Part shown: in pieces, positions 26,029-39,003 of the stretch | Layout of the letters: every line of letters starts with the position of its first letter | Position numbering within the stretch: position 1 is the stretch's first letter | From: Tubulanus polymorphus | Lineage: Eukaryota; Animalia; Nemertea | Length of the DNA: 64,000 nucleotides | NCBI RefSeq assembly: GCF_964204645.1 | Contig: NC_134026.1 | Location: 14,666,150-14,730,149, forward strand | Reading direction: 5' to 3' | Notes under the pieces: generated by a model | What the model was told of the DNA's origin: nothing | The model's database searches: none | The model's input: the letters and a program-made list of their open reading frames with translations, nothing else | Program-made: the position numbers and the translations under genes

Positions 26029-27753
26029 TTAATTTGTACGAAGTTTCATTTTTACTTACAATGAATCTTGATGACAGCGATTGGTAGCACGCAACGGAAA
26101 TAGGTTTAGATGTTATGGTATGCATCATACGGCAATCTGTATATTTTTGTTTGGCTATGTCCCTGGATCTGGCAACCGTTGGACGATGAGTCTTACAGCT
26201 CTAGCAACCTTCAACATTAACTATGAGTATTTGTTCGATTAGAATGCTGCTATCTTAGTTTTGTGTTGACTTGCTGTTAACCAATCTTTCCCATAGTGTA
26301 TTCTTCATATAGAGTTAGGGAGCGTCCAAAAATTACGTACCTCTAATTGGGTGAGGGGTTACTGAATTTTGGTACAAAGTTGTACATGGGGAGAGGGAGG
26401 TCAGCAAAAAATGTACGTTCTTTGAGGGAGGGGGCATTAATCAATCTTGGTACTTCATGCACCAAACTCAAATGAAAATAGCCGATACCACTGGTTTATC
26501 GCTCGTATTGATATTGTGCGAACCACAGTGTTTATAAACATTTTTAGAGGCCACGTTTCCACTGCAATTGAGACGTTTGGCTTGTATCCTAATAAACCTC
26601 ATCAATTGCGCTTAATCAGTAAAATGTTTATATACTCAAGTGAACTATGGTTTCTAGTTTAACACACTGTATTTCACTCCAGTGATCTTTTCGTGGACTA
26701 CAGAACATGATTTCGATCGTTCACCAATGAGTCCAATCGTTCACCAATAATTAGTGAACTATACTTATTACTCGAGGAAACTCACTGTATGATTTCACTG
26801 GTCTTCAATACTGAAACGGAGAATTTATTATCGTGATAACAATTGTCACCAGCATGCTTATGCTGACAATTTTACTAATTTTTCAAAAGAAAGACAATGC
26901 CAACTGGCACCAATTAACCGATTGCACCCAAACACACATGTAGCCAAGTTCCAGTCATCGATTCATTATTGCATAGGCCTATGGTGATGTAATGGGACTG
27001 TTCTCCACCAGTTGTTATGGGACTTAACGATTTCTGTACCACTTGGTGTCATCTCGTTCCTCTCACTAATGCTGTGCCGCTGGCTCTTCTATGTGACTGG
27101 TTCCTTTCGCTGACCTGCCTCTTCCTTATTTAGTTATCAACTATTAACACTTCTATGTGGTATGATCAAGCTTTTCCTCATTTTCTCTCAACTGCTTACA
27201 TTATCTATTCAGCTTTATCTCCCCAACTCCTTTTGTACTCCCCCTGGACCAAAAACTTAGACTTTCAAACTAATATGTACATTCTTTACATTCCTATACC
27301 ATGACCTCACCCGCTTCTAACCTTACCATATTCGGCATGTCTTATCCCTGCTACTTTCATTCTACTCCCTCCTGGACTACACTAACCATCCCCTAAAAGT
27401 CCTTACATTTAAAATATAGTTACTAAATGCTGTTCTTGTCTTTCAACATACTCCCTCCTTGTAATCCGAGCCATTTGCATTCAGTGTGCGCACCAGCAGA
27501 CATCTAGTGTGCGCTATCGTGCACACTGCATACACACACTATATTTTCCCATACATGTAAAACCCTATAACTCTTGCTTCTACAGTGACATGTTTGGGCA
27601 ATATATATTCTTAGATTACGCAAACATACCAGTACTCAGAACACTTGCTATAATTAGTTAATCGAGCCCCTGGACAATTGGTCTTTCATAAGATGTCTAG
27701 TTCATTTATTAAAATTATTTGATAAAATTAGATACATACAGTAATCGGAAAAT

Positions 27754-28230
27754 TCATATTGGGTTTTCGTTCGATAGACCCACAGCAATATCTTCTAATT
27801 CATTGATACGCCTTGTTGATGTGTCATACTTGTCCATAGCGATCTTCTTATAAAACATAGCTCCAAAAATGATGAAGACACTGAGACTAGGTCCACTTAT
27901 CCCACTACTGGAGATAGCGGCTGTTTTGCTGAAATTATTGAATTTCACCCAAGCTTGTACTGAAAGAAGTACTACGAATAACAGGATACCCACACCGGTT
28001 GAGAAAAACCACGCCATCTCGATATAAACGCTGAATCTATCGTGCGGTGACTTTTCTATTGACACTCCCATTCGTTCTAATTTGGCCACTGCTTGTAGGT
28101 TTGGCAGAAGGAAAGTAGAGACAAGCAGAGCAAACATGTGACAAGATACCAGCAATGTCGTGAAACTACTAAACGCTGTTAAGAGGACTGACGGCAATCC
28201 CTTGGATATCTGTAGTTCAATTAATGCGAT
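27754..28230 (-). CDS. Orai: Terminal exon of Orai-family calcium release-activated calcium channel (end of TM1 to C-terminus)
   Basis: IALIELQ...AFSSFTTLLVSCHMFALLVSTFLLPNL...SPHDRF..YIEMAWFFST..GILLF...WVKF aligns to Orai VAMVEVQ...[27 protein letters not shown]...SPHERM..HIELAWAFST..GTLLF...WVKF; preceded by polypyrimidine/AG acceptor TTTTCTTTTACAG at the position of the ORAI1 intron; upstream exon not found. Confidence 0.9.
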   Translation of the reverse strand: MALIELQISKGLPSVLLTAFSSFTTLLVSCHMFALLVSTFLLPNLQAVAKLERMGVSIEKSPHDRFSVYIEMAWFFSTGVGILLFVVLLSVQAWVKFNNFSKTAAISSSGISGPSLSVFIIFGAMFYKKIAMDKYDTSTRRINELEDIAVGLSNENPI

Positions 28231-28254
28231 CTGTAAAAGAAAATAAATATCGGA

Positions 28255-28665
28255 ATTTCCCATTCTTAATACAAAATCATTAGATATAATTAATAAATCA
28301 GGACCAATGCAAAAATCTAATATTATATGAGATTTATCTAAATAATTTTGATATCTTGTAATATTTTCTGGAATCGATCTATTTTTATCATTATGAATTG
28401 AAACTTTAAATAGAATTTTAAATTGTTTCTGTGTATCAAATGAAGTATTCAAATTTCTAATTATTGGTGATCTTGTTTCAACTTGTAATCCTAAAATACA
28501 AATTGAATAAAGTCTAATGGATTGATTTATTCCTTGTATACCACAGATTTTGTAAATCCTTTACTATTTTCTAAAATAAAATAAATCGAACCATCGTCTT
28601 AAATCATCATAATATTTTTGTAATCTATTGAAATATAATGTTTTTAAATCTATATTTTCTATTTT
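28255..28665 (-). pseudogene. Polinton gene fragment (homolog of 57916-59325) in the Orai intron
   Basis: NTSFDTQKQFK..SIHNDKNRSIPENI.RYQNYLDKSH matches the 57916-58527 ORF. Confidence 0.9.
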
Positions 28666-29649
28666 ACTAGTAAGCAGTAATTGGAAAAGTGCGTTTTCTG
28701 GCCAGAGTACGAGAGTATGACACATCACTCATCACCACTCGTAATTTCTTTTCCTTATAAGTGGGAGAGAGTGAACAACAAATAAAAAAATTGATGTTAA
28801 TAAAAATGAATATTATTGTCCATACTGTAAAAAATACATCGATAAATCTAATAAATCTCATCACGAAAAACTGCAAATCATTAAAAGAAAAAGTTAGGCT
28901 AAGAATGATACCTTGTTTCTCATTTATAAAGGAAAACTCTACGCCCAAAAGTGACCCGGCAGGCAGCATTTTATTCTTATTTTTTCCATTAAAAAGTATG
29001 TATGAAATTTAACGTATTTCTACCAGGCCGGCCTATTTTCATTTCTATTTAAAAATAGTTTCCATTGAAAATTTTTAAAATAAAAAGATGATAAAAGTGC
29101 TATAGTTTTCCGAAGTTCGCACTGTTTGTCAAATTCCATTCTAGCAGGCTTAGTTTGGTTGCTGATGTTGGATCATTCCTGCTTTTCCCAATTATTGAGG
29201 GTATGTCAATTATTTTTAAATAGTCAGAAAGGAGACCACAAGCGAGATACTCTGCCTTGGCTTGGCTGCAAGTCCTTTGTCAGTTCCTACTTAGATTCTT
29301 CTACCGTGGTTAAAGGGCTATATGGAAGAAACCTATCAAATTAGAATGGGAAGCCATGATTCATGATCACGTGAAGTTCCAGATCATCTAAAATAAAATA
29401 AACACGTACTAAGAATTAACTTCTATGAGTAAGTCAAAATATATTCTCCAAACAGCACATTGCACATTTTTGGAAGAGACAAGATCAGCAAACAAAAAAT
29501 TAATTACCTTATTTACAAACTAATTCGGATTCTTAAATTACAACTGTGAACGCAATAGCCCACTAAATGGACTGAAGACGTGTATGTACCATCAAACGAA
29601 TGCCTGCAGTTGGCTATGCAGATGATAAACTTTCATTTAACGGCCAGAT

Positions 29650-32600
29650 TTACTGCTTTTCTTTTTCAAATTTTCTCTTACGTCTAATTACTATACCAAG
29701 TGTAGATTCCCTGAAGCATTTTTCACAGATAGGGTATAGTTTTACTGAACCCCTAGCTTGGGTTAAATTTTCAGTAGCAGCACAGTTGGTGCATACATCA
29801 ATGAAAAGTTGAGACGAATAATATGGAACCTCAATTGGTGAATTACAAGAAAGGTTTGCGCGAACAAAAACTTTACTCAAGACTTCACATTCCCCCTCGG
29901 ACAACTCATCTTTGTCTATTGCTTCTTGCAGTACCATACCACAAGAATAGCTAAAACCTTTAGTTATACATTCAATAAGATCCTTTTCTTTCTGAGTAAG
30001 TTTTTTGTTTGAATACATCACTCGTGGTTTATCACATTCGGTACAATTCAATACTTCTCCAACGTTCTTGCAAATCTGGGCAGTTGGGCTGAATGGTATG
30101 TGGTGACCAGTGGATTTTCTGATTTTGTGTTTTTACCATACACATCAGCGAATCGTTTATAATTATCTTCTGAGCTATCTTTAACGGGGAACGGCAAGAA
30201 GTGTACCGTTTTGAATACATCATCAGGGAGAGTAGGTAGAGAACACAGAGTACAGTCAATACTCCACATTTCTTCATGCAAAAACTGTACTGGGCACTTT
30301 GAGAGCAATGCTTCAGTATATCCATCAATGATTTGCTTTTTCGAACATCTTGACATCTGGTGTTAATTTATAATCAAGGTATTTGACCATGGTAAAGAAT
30401 TCAATTATTTCCTCATCAGTTGCTGATGTGATTATCTGTACATCTTCATCTTTCCATTTAAGCTTACCGATCAAGGAAGACAGAAGTTTTCTAGGTGGTG
30501 TTGTGCTGAGTAAGACAGCCTCTTTAAGGCCTTGATTCGTTTCTGCGCATGCTCTAATTTTCTTCAAACTATTACATCCCTTCAAAAGAATTTCAAAGTT
30601 TTCAGTTGATTCTTCTCTCATCGGGCCAACGCATTGCAGTGCCATATTCACTACACTCATGACCCTTTCTACTGAGTTTATCCATGAACTATTAGGGGCT
30701 GTTCGCACGGCTATCAAACAATCGAGGTTAAGCTGCAAGAATATACATAAGTAAGACAACTGAACTGTAATGTAGTTGAGTCTGTGGTCAGGCCCACCAT
30801 CAGTGTACAGGAGAAGGATTGGTTGACGTATTTCTTTCTTCAGAATACTATGTAACTCTGCAGCATGACGTAATGGCGATGAAGGCTCAAAAACAGAATC
30901 TTTTAGATTGACGTAGACAGTCCCAGTATAAAATGATTCCTCGATAGACTTGGGCACATTGATCTTCAAAGTTACACTAGGAATAATCCCCATTTTGGTG
31001 AAATCATGGTCAGCAACTTCAAATAATTTGTTTCCGGCCACAAGAACTTGTCGCCCTCTTTCGCATGCTGCAACAAGGAATTTTGGTTCTCCTAGCTTGA
31101 TTTTGTGTTTGTCATCAAGACACACCATTACACACAAGTTTCTAAACATAATTGCCATTTCTCTTAAGTATTTGAACATTGCATGGCAATAATGCACATC
31201 AGGATGATCATGTCTCAGTTGTCTTTTCATATATAGATTAATATATATAAGATATGTAGAAATCATATATAGATTTCCTCCCCTCATTTAAATGCCTTAA
31301 ATCTTGAATTTCAAGATCACCGGTTTCTAGGATCATCTGAATACGTTGATCAATAACCAATTGGTCACTGGTTTCACTGGCACTGCAATCACCTGAGAGT
31401 AACCTATATAGATTACGAAACACCATTGGTTTAACGTTGACGATTGTATCAACCGTTTTGGCTACAATTCTCCGCATTTCCCTAGTGTGATACTGAGGCA
31501 TATCGGCACTAAGTTTAGCGACGACAGGAGAATTCGTTTCACTAACGTCATTATCAGAATCAGAAAAACAAACCTTCCAGACAAAGAATAGTGAGCCCGT
31601 ATTATTTCCGGCTGTATAACTATACATGACACTCCTAAATGGAAGACCTAATTTTTTCAACTCTGAAACAAACTTATACATTTCTTTATGGTCATTTGGA
31701 AGCAGCTGATTCAAGAAAACAGGCCCATAGTCTTCTTTCCCCATCAGTGACTCATACAGAGTATCAGTTAATTGCGTATGAGTTATTGGTTGAGGACTAC
31801 CAAATGGCAATATCTTTAATGATACACTCTTAATATAATCTCCTAAATTTCTCACTGGTTCTAAGGAGGCACGATTATGTTGAACTTCCGCATTTTTATC
31901 TTCTAGATAATTTGTATATCTGTCAAAAGACAAGGTCAATTTCTCGACTTCAACTTTGAGCGTGTTCCATGAAGAATTCTCTAACCATGGCTGAAACAAA
32001 AATGTCGTTATTAAATATTCATGCATTAACAAGATGACATGTACAGGTACTCACATCCTCTAAACAGAGAGCAAGTTTACTGCTATAAACCCACAATATC
32101 AAATGCAAATCTGGTTTATAGATAATCAAAGACAACATGAACAATTGATCATGGGAAATTATAAATCAGTATCCAATTCAGTGTATGATTTCAGTACGTC
32201 AGTAGTTTCTTTGGTTTCAGATACAGTTTGTTTTGGGGACAATCGAGCTGAAAAAGCTGAATCAATTAATTTAATAAATGAGTCTGACAACACTTACCTG
32301 TTGCAAAACTTTGAAAAGAAGCTGTGACGACGTGTGTATATTATCATACCAAAGAGGCAGTCTTTTGTTCTTATATGTTTCTGGGTTATTATAACCAGAA
32401 AATCCGGCGAAAAATTCTGGCACAGCACATGAACGGGCTGTTAGCTTTTCCTATAAAAAGAAATGAAAATTGTTAAAATAAAATCATATTCAACACAGTA
32501 GAGCTATGCAAGCGAAGATCGTCATTACTGAGGGTTTTGTTCAAATCGGACGAAAACTGTAGGAGTAGAAGTGACATCAATTGTTTGTTGCCAGTAAACA

Positions 32601-32975
32601 TTACTTTGTTTAATCAAGTGATATTAATGAAACTTACCTCCATCTATCATCCACAGTATATCAGTAATTGTCTCTATAAAATTTTTCCCGACATTAACTG
32701 ACGATTGGTGCCATCCAGACAGGTCATTGCATTTCAAATGGTTTAATATGTGGTTGAAGAGTTCCTGCTTTTTGTTTTTTACTTGGTCATACATCACAGG
32801 CCAGACCTTCTTCCGACTCGCCTGGAACATCAAATCAAGCGCTGACACAGCAGCAGGAGTAGCGCTGTTGTTATTGTTTGAGTCAATTTCATCACCGATG
32901 TCATACTGTATGTGTTTTCCGAAATCTTTTGCTTCAACTAGTGTAGCAGAAAGCGGAATTGTTTGTTTTCGTTAG
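29650..32975 (-). pseudogene. Zator (TP36-related) transposase, spliced and frameshifted
   Basis: Motifs HPDVHYC, LDDKHKIKLGEP, VADHDF, TDGGPDH, RTAPNSSWINSVERVM and C-terminal CTECDKPR spread over ORFs 29650-32032 and 32624-32848; GT/AG sites near 31992, 32054 and 32297. Confidence 0.85.
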
Positions 32976-35900
32976 GAGCAGAGGAGATTGATGGGTAGCC
33001 GCTTTTGTTGTCCCAGACAGATATTTTACCAAAAATCCGTATAAATCGATATTTTTTTAATAATCTTTGCCCAGAATGAATAATTTCAGCAATAAACTAA
33101 TTGTTTGAATGGAATTTTGAGAAATTTTCTACATCTAACGGCTATTTTAATCCATATAAAATTACTATATACCAAATATTGTCATGTCCCCGACACACTA
33201 GTCCGCCTTTCTAACTCAAAATATTCAACATCAGTGAAGTGGCTGTTGCAAAATTTGTGCCTATCTAATGACATATATTGTATATAAAATATGAATCAAT
33301 ATAGATAACCTCTATCTTAAAGATATATCGATAATTCTATTCTTTTCTATTTTGGGGAGGGTGTCCCCAATTTTTTTCCCTCCCTGTCACGGTTGACGTA
33401 AAGCCACCAATGGTAAGTGAAAAGTTGGTTATCCGTGACAACTTGTGGCGCCGCCTATCGTTTGGCGCTATTTTCAAACGCTCGACTTCACACGGCTCGT
33501 TTTCTGAGTATTTGAGAAGAAAAAAGCATCAAAATTTAACGCGTGGCAGGTGCGTATGTTTATTCTCATTCATCTCCGAACGGTCTGCAGAGTAGGGATA
33601 CTATAAATTGTATCAATAAAACATACATTCGTCAAATGAGTTCATTACCGCGCTTAAAATCAATCAACTAGCTACATGCTAAAAAAAATCAATAAAAGAC
33701 GTAGACGCCCGTGCATGTCTCGTGATTCATCTCCGTCACGTTCATCTCCGTCACATTTTTGTATTTCGGTTTCGTGATGGAGATGAACCATCCTGTGACG
33801 GAAATGAATTAAATGATTAATAAATTAATTATTTTTAAATTTAATCGAGATTAGCTCTACGGAGTGTTACATACGCAGATAAACAGTTGAAATAAAGATC
33901 GAGTTTACCCGCCAAACTTTCATAAATGAATTGCCAAAATATAAGATTTTCCAGTCACCCGGCAAACTATCATATATTACTGTACAATTTCATGATCGTG
34001 CATGTACACGGGTGAAAAGCCGACTTTTTAAAAAGGCGGCTCCGTTTAGGCCTACTCGCGAGTATAGGCCCCAACGGAGCCGCTTTTAAAAAAGCGGCTC
34101 CGTTTAGAACAGATGGCAGCGCCGTTCTTTTTTTATCTTAAGATAAGGATTGTCCCTGTTATGTATTTAGTTGGTAAATTTCGTTTTTCGATTTTTTGAT
34201 TGAGTGTCCCTTACAAACCCACCACACCTGCCGAGAGCGAAACAGGGGGTTTGATTTTGAAATCGGAAATCGAAGTACAGATAATAGTTGTGCGATCGCC
34301 GGTCGAGTTCACAGAATTTTTTGTTTAAATCGAAGTACGTAATTGGGAAATTCGGTTCCGTTTCATTCAAACAATCTTCCATTCAGTCCGGCAAGCGACT
34401 GATTGGGTGCTGTTCTTAGCTATACCGCCGTATTTCCGGGTGACGTTGTCGATTACGTAAAACCTGAAGGAACAGCATCTATATACAAAGCGACATACGC
34501 TCCATTATTATGACAACTTAGTTAGAAATTCTTTTAATTAACTGACCGAAAATTCTTTAACATTTTTAACCCAGAAGTTAAATGGGAGTGCAGTTGCCAG
34601 ACCACAACGTTTGCGTAACCGAAAGCGTCACACTACAACGTTTGTGTAACGGAAATCCTCGCTTTGAATCCAATCGTGTAGATGCGCGCTTTTCAAAATA
34701 CAGGCTCCGAAAAAGCCGGTTACAACGCAGCCGGCTTTTTAGTAGTGCCTCCGTGTAGATACATATCCAAAGATAATTCCTTGTTTTTGTAGCCTTATGG
34801 CCTTAGCAGCGGCTGAACGATCGAAGAAGTATCGAGTAAAGAAAAAAAAATGATGCTTCGTGTCGCGAAAAAGAAGCGAAACGTAAGAGAAATTCATACA
34901 TCCCTATTAGTGGGAGATCTTGCAGAGAGCAGCGAGCAGTAAGACGTAAATGGAATATATGTAAAAGGGATCAGTTAAAGCGCCGGAGAATTGCTGAGAT
35001 TGCTCAGCCTCCATCACCTCCTATTACCCCTCAGACTCCTGCCGACCGTGGAAGGCGTAGAGTTAGGCGTGACCGGAGTTCGGCTTATCGGAAAATTCAT
35101 GTCAAAGAAAGATATAAAAAACGTTGGCATCGTTAAAAAAAAAAACAGCAAAAACAACTAAACTCGCCACGCTCCAAAGCAAAACAGATGTTAAAAAACG
35201 CGAGGAATCATAAGAGAACTCGGCAACAATTAAAACTACAGTCAGTTATATACCATCAACTCAGGAAGAAATACCAAGACGATATCCATACGTTTGAAGG
35301 CAAGAATCCGTCAGTTATTTTCCGCTGAGTTGATCCGAAAATATAGATTAGTAAAGGTTGCCGAGAAAGAAGTTTTCAATTTCAAACAATTCGGTACGGT
35401 TGATGGTTATCGAAAACGATGTTCGAACGCGGTTCTAAATAGTATGGTGACACGGTTTACGAGCGCGACGACAGTAGCAGAATGCTTCCCGGGAAGCGAG
35501 ATACCGTAACCAGGAAAAAAATCAAAAAGCAAAAACGGGTTTTATCAGAAAACTTAATTTTAACCGTACTCCACGAGCGATTTCTATTTGAAAATCATGA
35601 GACAAATATCAGTTACATTGCATTCTGTATACTACGCCCGTTTTGGGTGGTTTTCCCAAATAATCGCGATCGCGAAACATGCGCGTGTAAGCGCCATTCT
35701 AATATGCAGCTCATGTGTGAGAAACTGTTCAAAGAGGGTGGAGTACATTCCCGCAACCCACTTGAACATGTGAATCTTTTGGTCTGTAATCCCCATTCGC
35801 AAAAATGTATGTACGGCGATTGTAAAACCTGCGACGACAATCGAATATCCCCACTCAGCCAAAGGCTTGACCAAAACAAGTCAATTACATTTGAGCAATG

Positions 35901-36856
35901 GAGAACCAAGTTTAATGAAAACGGCTGTAAGATCACAACTAAAGAAGCGAAAGTCGATTCACTGTACGACGTACTAGCAATGTACGAACACGAATTAGAA
36001 CCGAGATTTTCGACACATGTTTATAACATTGCTCATCAGTACAAAATGTTACGGCAGTTAAAACAAAATCTGAGTCAGGACGAGGCTATTATACACATGA
36101 ATTTTTCAGAAAATTATTCGTGTTCGTACGGAAAGGAGGTTCAGAGTGTCCATTTCGGTGGATCTCACAACCTGGTTACTTTACACACGGGGATCGTGTA
36201 CGCATCGCACGAAACACGATCGTTCTGCAGTATATCAGATATCAACCGCCACAACCCAGCTGCCATCTGGGCTCATGTAAAGACCGTTCTCAACGACCTG
36301 AAAAACGCCTATCAGTAGCCTGCACTTTAATACAGATGGCCCAACTACACAGTACCGATGTAAAGTTAGGCTTTAAAGTTCTTTCGTGGAACTTCTTGGA
36401 GGCAGGCCATGGTAAAGGCGCAGCCGATGGTGTGGGAGGGGTGCTCAGGACAGCCGATAGACTTGTTGGACAAGGAAAGGACATCCCGGACGCTAGGAAA
36501 CTGTTTGATTCTCTTCACTCATCGACTGAGGTAAAACCAGTGAATGGTCCAGAATCTGGATTGAACGGAAACTGGTGTGTAGTCAAGTATGATAATGTTT
36601 TATATCCCGGGATCATTCAAGATTTTGATGATGATTCTGTTTCAGTGAAATCTATGCACAAAATAGGTGAAAACCGGTTCTTCTCAGTGGCGGATCCAGA
36701 GGCACAATATGACTACCGCATTACGGCAACCGAGTGCCGAAGGCGCGAGATGTGCAATACGAGTGCCGAAGGCACGACGTGCCTACGGGGGGTCTGAGGG
36801 TATTCCGCCAGAAAATTTTGAAAAATTTAAAGGGCTGAGATGACATTTCCTGGGTT

Positions 36857-37460
36857 TTGGAAGAGAAAAATCCTGCTAATGCTGAATTAGTTTACCCTTG
36901 CCGCGATAAAACTAGAAGACATATTTTGGAATCTGCATTAATTATTGAAAATTCGAACAACGTTGTAAACCTTAACAATGGTTTTTCACCCCATAATAAA
37001 CTTATATCAAAATTCCTCTGTAAACTGGTTAAACTCAACACTTGATTTCCCCTTTGATTATTTGTTATTTGTTCTCTCATCAATTTCGTCTCTGACTTAA
37101 CTTGTATTCACCTTTGTTTTAATTTAAGTGCCCCCTAGTTTGTCTTTCTTTTTACTACTGACTTTAAGTTTCATTTATATTTATACTCACTATTGTTGTT
37201 TATAATCACCCCTTAGTTTGCTTCCCTTTAATCTATTTTAGCGTGTAACTGTTTCTACGTTAATTTTCCTTTAGTTTGTATCATCTCTGATTACTTGAAT
37301 TAGTCTCTTTGTCCCTGGATTGTATATATATCTCATAATTTCTGTAGTATCTCATTATTCCTGAAGATGACTATTAGGATATAGTCGAAACGTTGAATAA
37401 ACTACTATCTCGAAGTTTCATTTTCGGACTTTTTATTATCATTGTGGGATTCTCTCCTCA
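36857..37460 (+). mobile_element. Penelope-like retroelement 3' fragment
   Basis: GIY-YIG C-terminal-like RRHILESALII...VNLNNG followed by a pLTR-type hammerhead core and AATAAA; absent from the hAT sister copy at 44249-45272. Confidence 0.7.
37361..37394 (+). ncRNA. Minimal hammerhead ribozyme core (Penelope-type)
   Basis: CTGAAGA-T-GACTAT-taggat-ATAGTC-GAAACGTT: conserved CUGANGA and GAAA boxes flanking a perfect 6-bp stem II. Confidence 0.7.
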
Positions 37461-39003
37461 GAAAAATCCTGTTTTAATATGGGTACTTTTTCATTAAAAA
37501 TTAAGATACAGTATGCATCAATGTTTATTACAACGTCAGAATACCAAAAAAAATATAAAACTGTACACTTTATCATATATATTCATCCATTCATGTTCCA
37601 TTTTATCTTTGAAATGTTTTATATCAATACTACCTGACTAAGTATAAGGATTCTTTATTGTATTCTTATTCTAGGATATCCCGGAGAATCATTCTCCAGG
37701 GATTTTTGCGTGCAAGGTCATCCACAATTTCCTGATAATCCAAGTTCACATTTGCATAGCTGTACATCAGAGCAAGTCCATTCAGACGGTCCTCTGTCAT
37801 AGTGCATCGTTTGTATGTTTTCATTGTTTTCAGCGTAGAGAAGGATCTTTCACACTCGCAACTTGTAACAGGCATCGCACCTAAAATCTTTAACATTTTG
37901 CAGATGTTCGAGTATATAACAGGGTCTGCCTCCATTAGTGACTTGGAGACTGAATCTGGAACATCAGTTTCTTACTTCCATTTTTGATACCATAGATCAA
38001 GCTCAGCTGCTACAGAGGGTGGTGAGGGTAGGAACCTTTGATACAAGGAGGCAAACGAGGTAGCAGAAAGAATGAATTGATCCTCCGTCATATTTTTCAT
38101 CAGTGATGGAATAATCTTAAATCCTTTGATGGAATAATCTTAAATCCTTCAACTGATCATTTTACCTCATTGCTGAAGCGATCGTTCAACCACTAACGAC
38201 TCCATCCACAAAAGGTATGACAACATTTCGCTCATAATATTCTTCCGTAGAGTTGGAAGCAGCATTTGGTCGATGGACCTGCCTATTACAGGCTTCTGTA
38301 GCTCAAGCCCAACTGAATCCGACATATTTTTGACCTGCTCCCACCACACAATAAAGTAACAAAAAAATGTTGTTAGAGGAAAAATGTTAGCGGCAAGTGC
38401 GGTAGGCTAAATCCGCGACTGCTTCTGGCCACTCCGTGACGATCTTATTTGGTACCAATATGAAGATGTTATCACGATAATTCCGGAGTCTCAAAATGTA
38501 ACATCTCGTCATGTTGAAGTCGACAGAGCTATTTGGGCCGAAATTTGTGAAAAGACTCTGTAGAATTTCATTGGGTTCAGTTTTCTGGCCTATTGATAAA
38601 ATCGATACCTTAGATGGATTAATCATCAACGTTTTCTACAATGCAAATGTGGCCGGATCAAATACATTGTACATTGGCTGATTAACTTTTTGAATTTTCC
38701 ATACATACGTATATGATTGTTGTTACTAGCTTTGCAAATTTATGAAAATGGAATGGTTGACATTTCAAATGCTGTTAAAACATTGTTTTATATAAAATGT
38801 TACATTTTTACTTTATTTGTGTTTTATTGTGTTACGGTCTACTATTTACTTTGAGCCGTCCGGCCGGTTTTTATTTTTATCATATAAAGAAGAATGTATT
38901 AACTTTAGACCCGGCCGGCAGCATTTTATTTTTACGATTTTTACGGTTAATTTATCGAACCCGGCCGGGGAATGAGAAACAAGGTATCATTTTTTTGGCC
39001 TTA

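Larger units (their letters stand above)
36685..38421 (-). mobile_element. Deleted hAT element with 5-bp TSD (hAT5-like)
   Basis: Termini CAGTGGCGGAT / ATCCGCGACTG flanked by CTTCT; hAT C-terminal dimerization motif PVTSCECERSFSTLK...RLNGLALM at 37666-37935. Confidence 0.8.
34797..38540 (+). pseudogene. Sola2-type transposase (disrupted) nested in Zator
   Basis: PGKRD, RPFWV, TCACKRH, (D/N)FSENY, EVQSVHF, DGPTTQY, WNFLEAGHGKGAADGVGG; C-terminus NRFF|WPLRDDLIWY is split by the hAT insertion; element ends not resolved. Confidence 0.75.
28897..39000 (-). mobile_element. Zator DNA transposon with nested insertions
   Basis: TIRs GGCTAAGAATGATACCTTGTTTCTCATT / AATGAGAAACAAGGTATCATTTTTTTGGCC, TTA on both sides; Zator transposase inside. 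Confidence 0.85.

Noticed and set aside
27754-28452. 232-aa ORF as one real gene
   Set aside because: TTG start; it is a composite of a Polinton scrap, an intron tail and an Orai exon with a canonical acceptor at 28231-28232
34167-34382. NUDT9-like DRRSH...GRCG peptide
   Set aside because: Only two short motifs with wrong spacing, inside repeat DNA; likely chance
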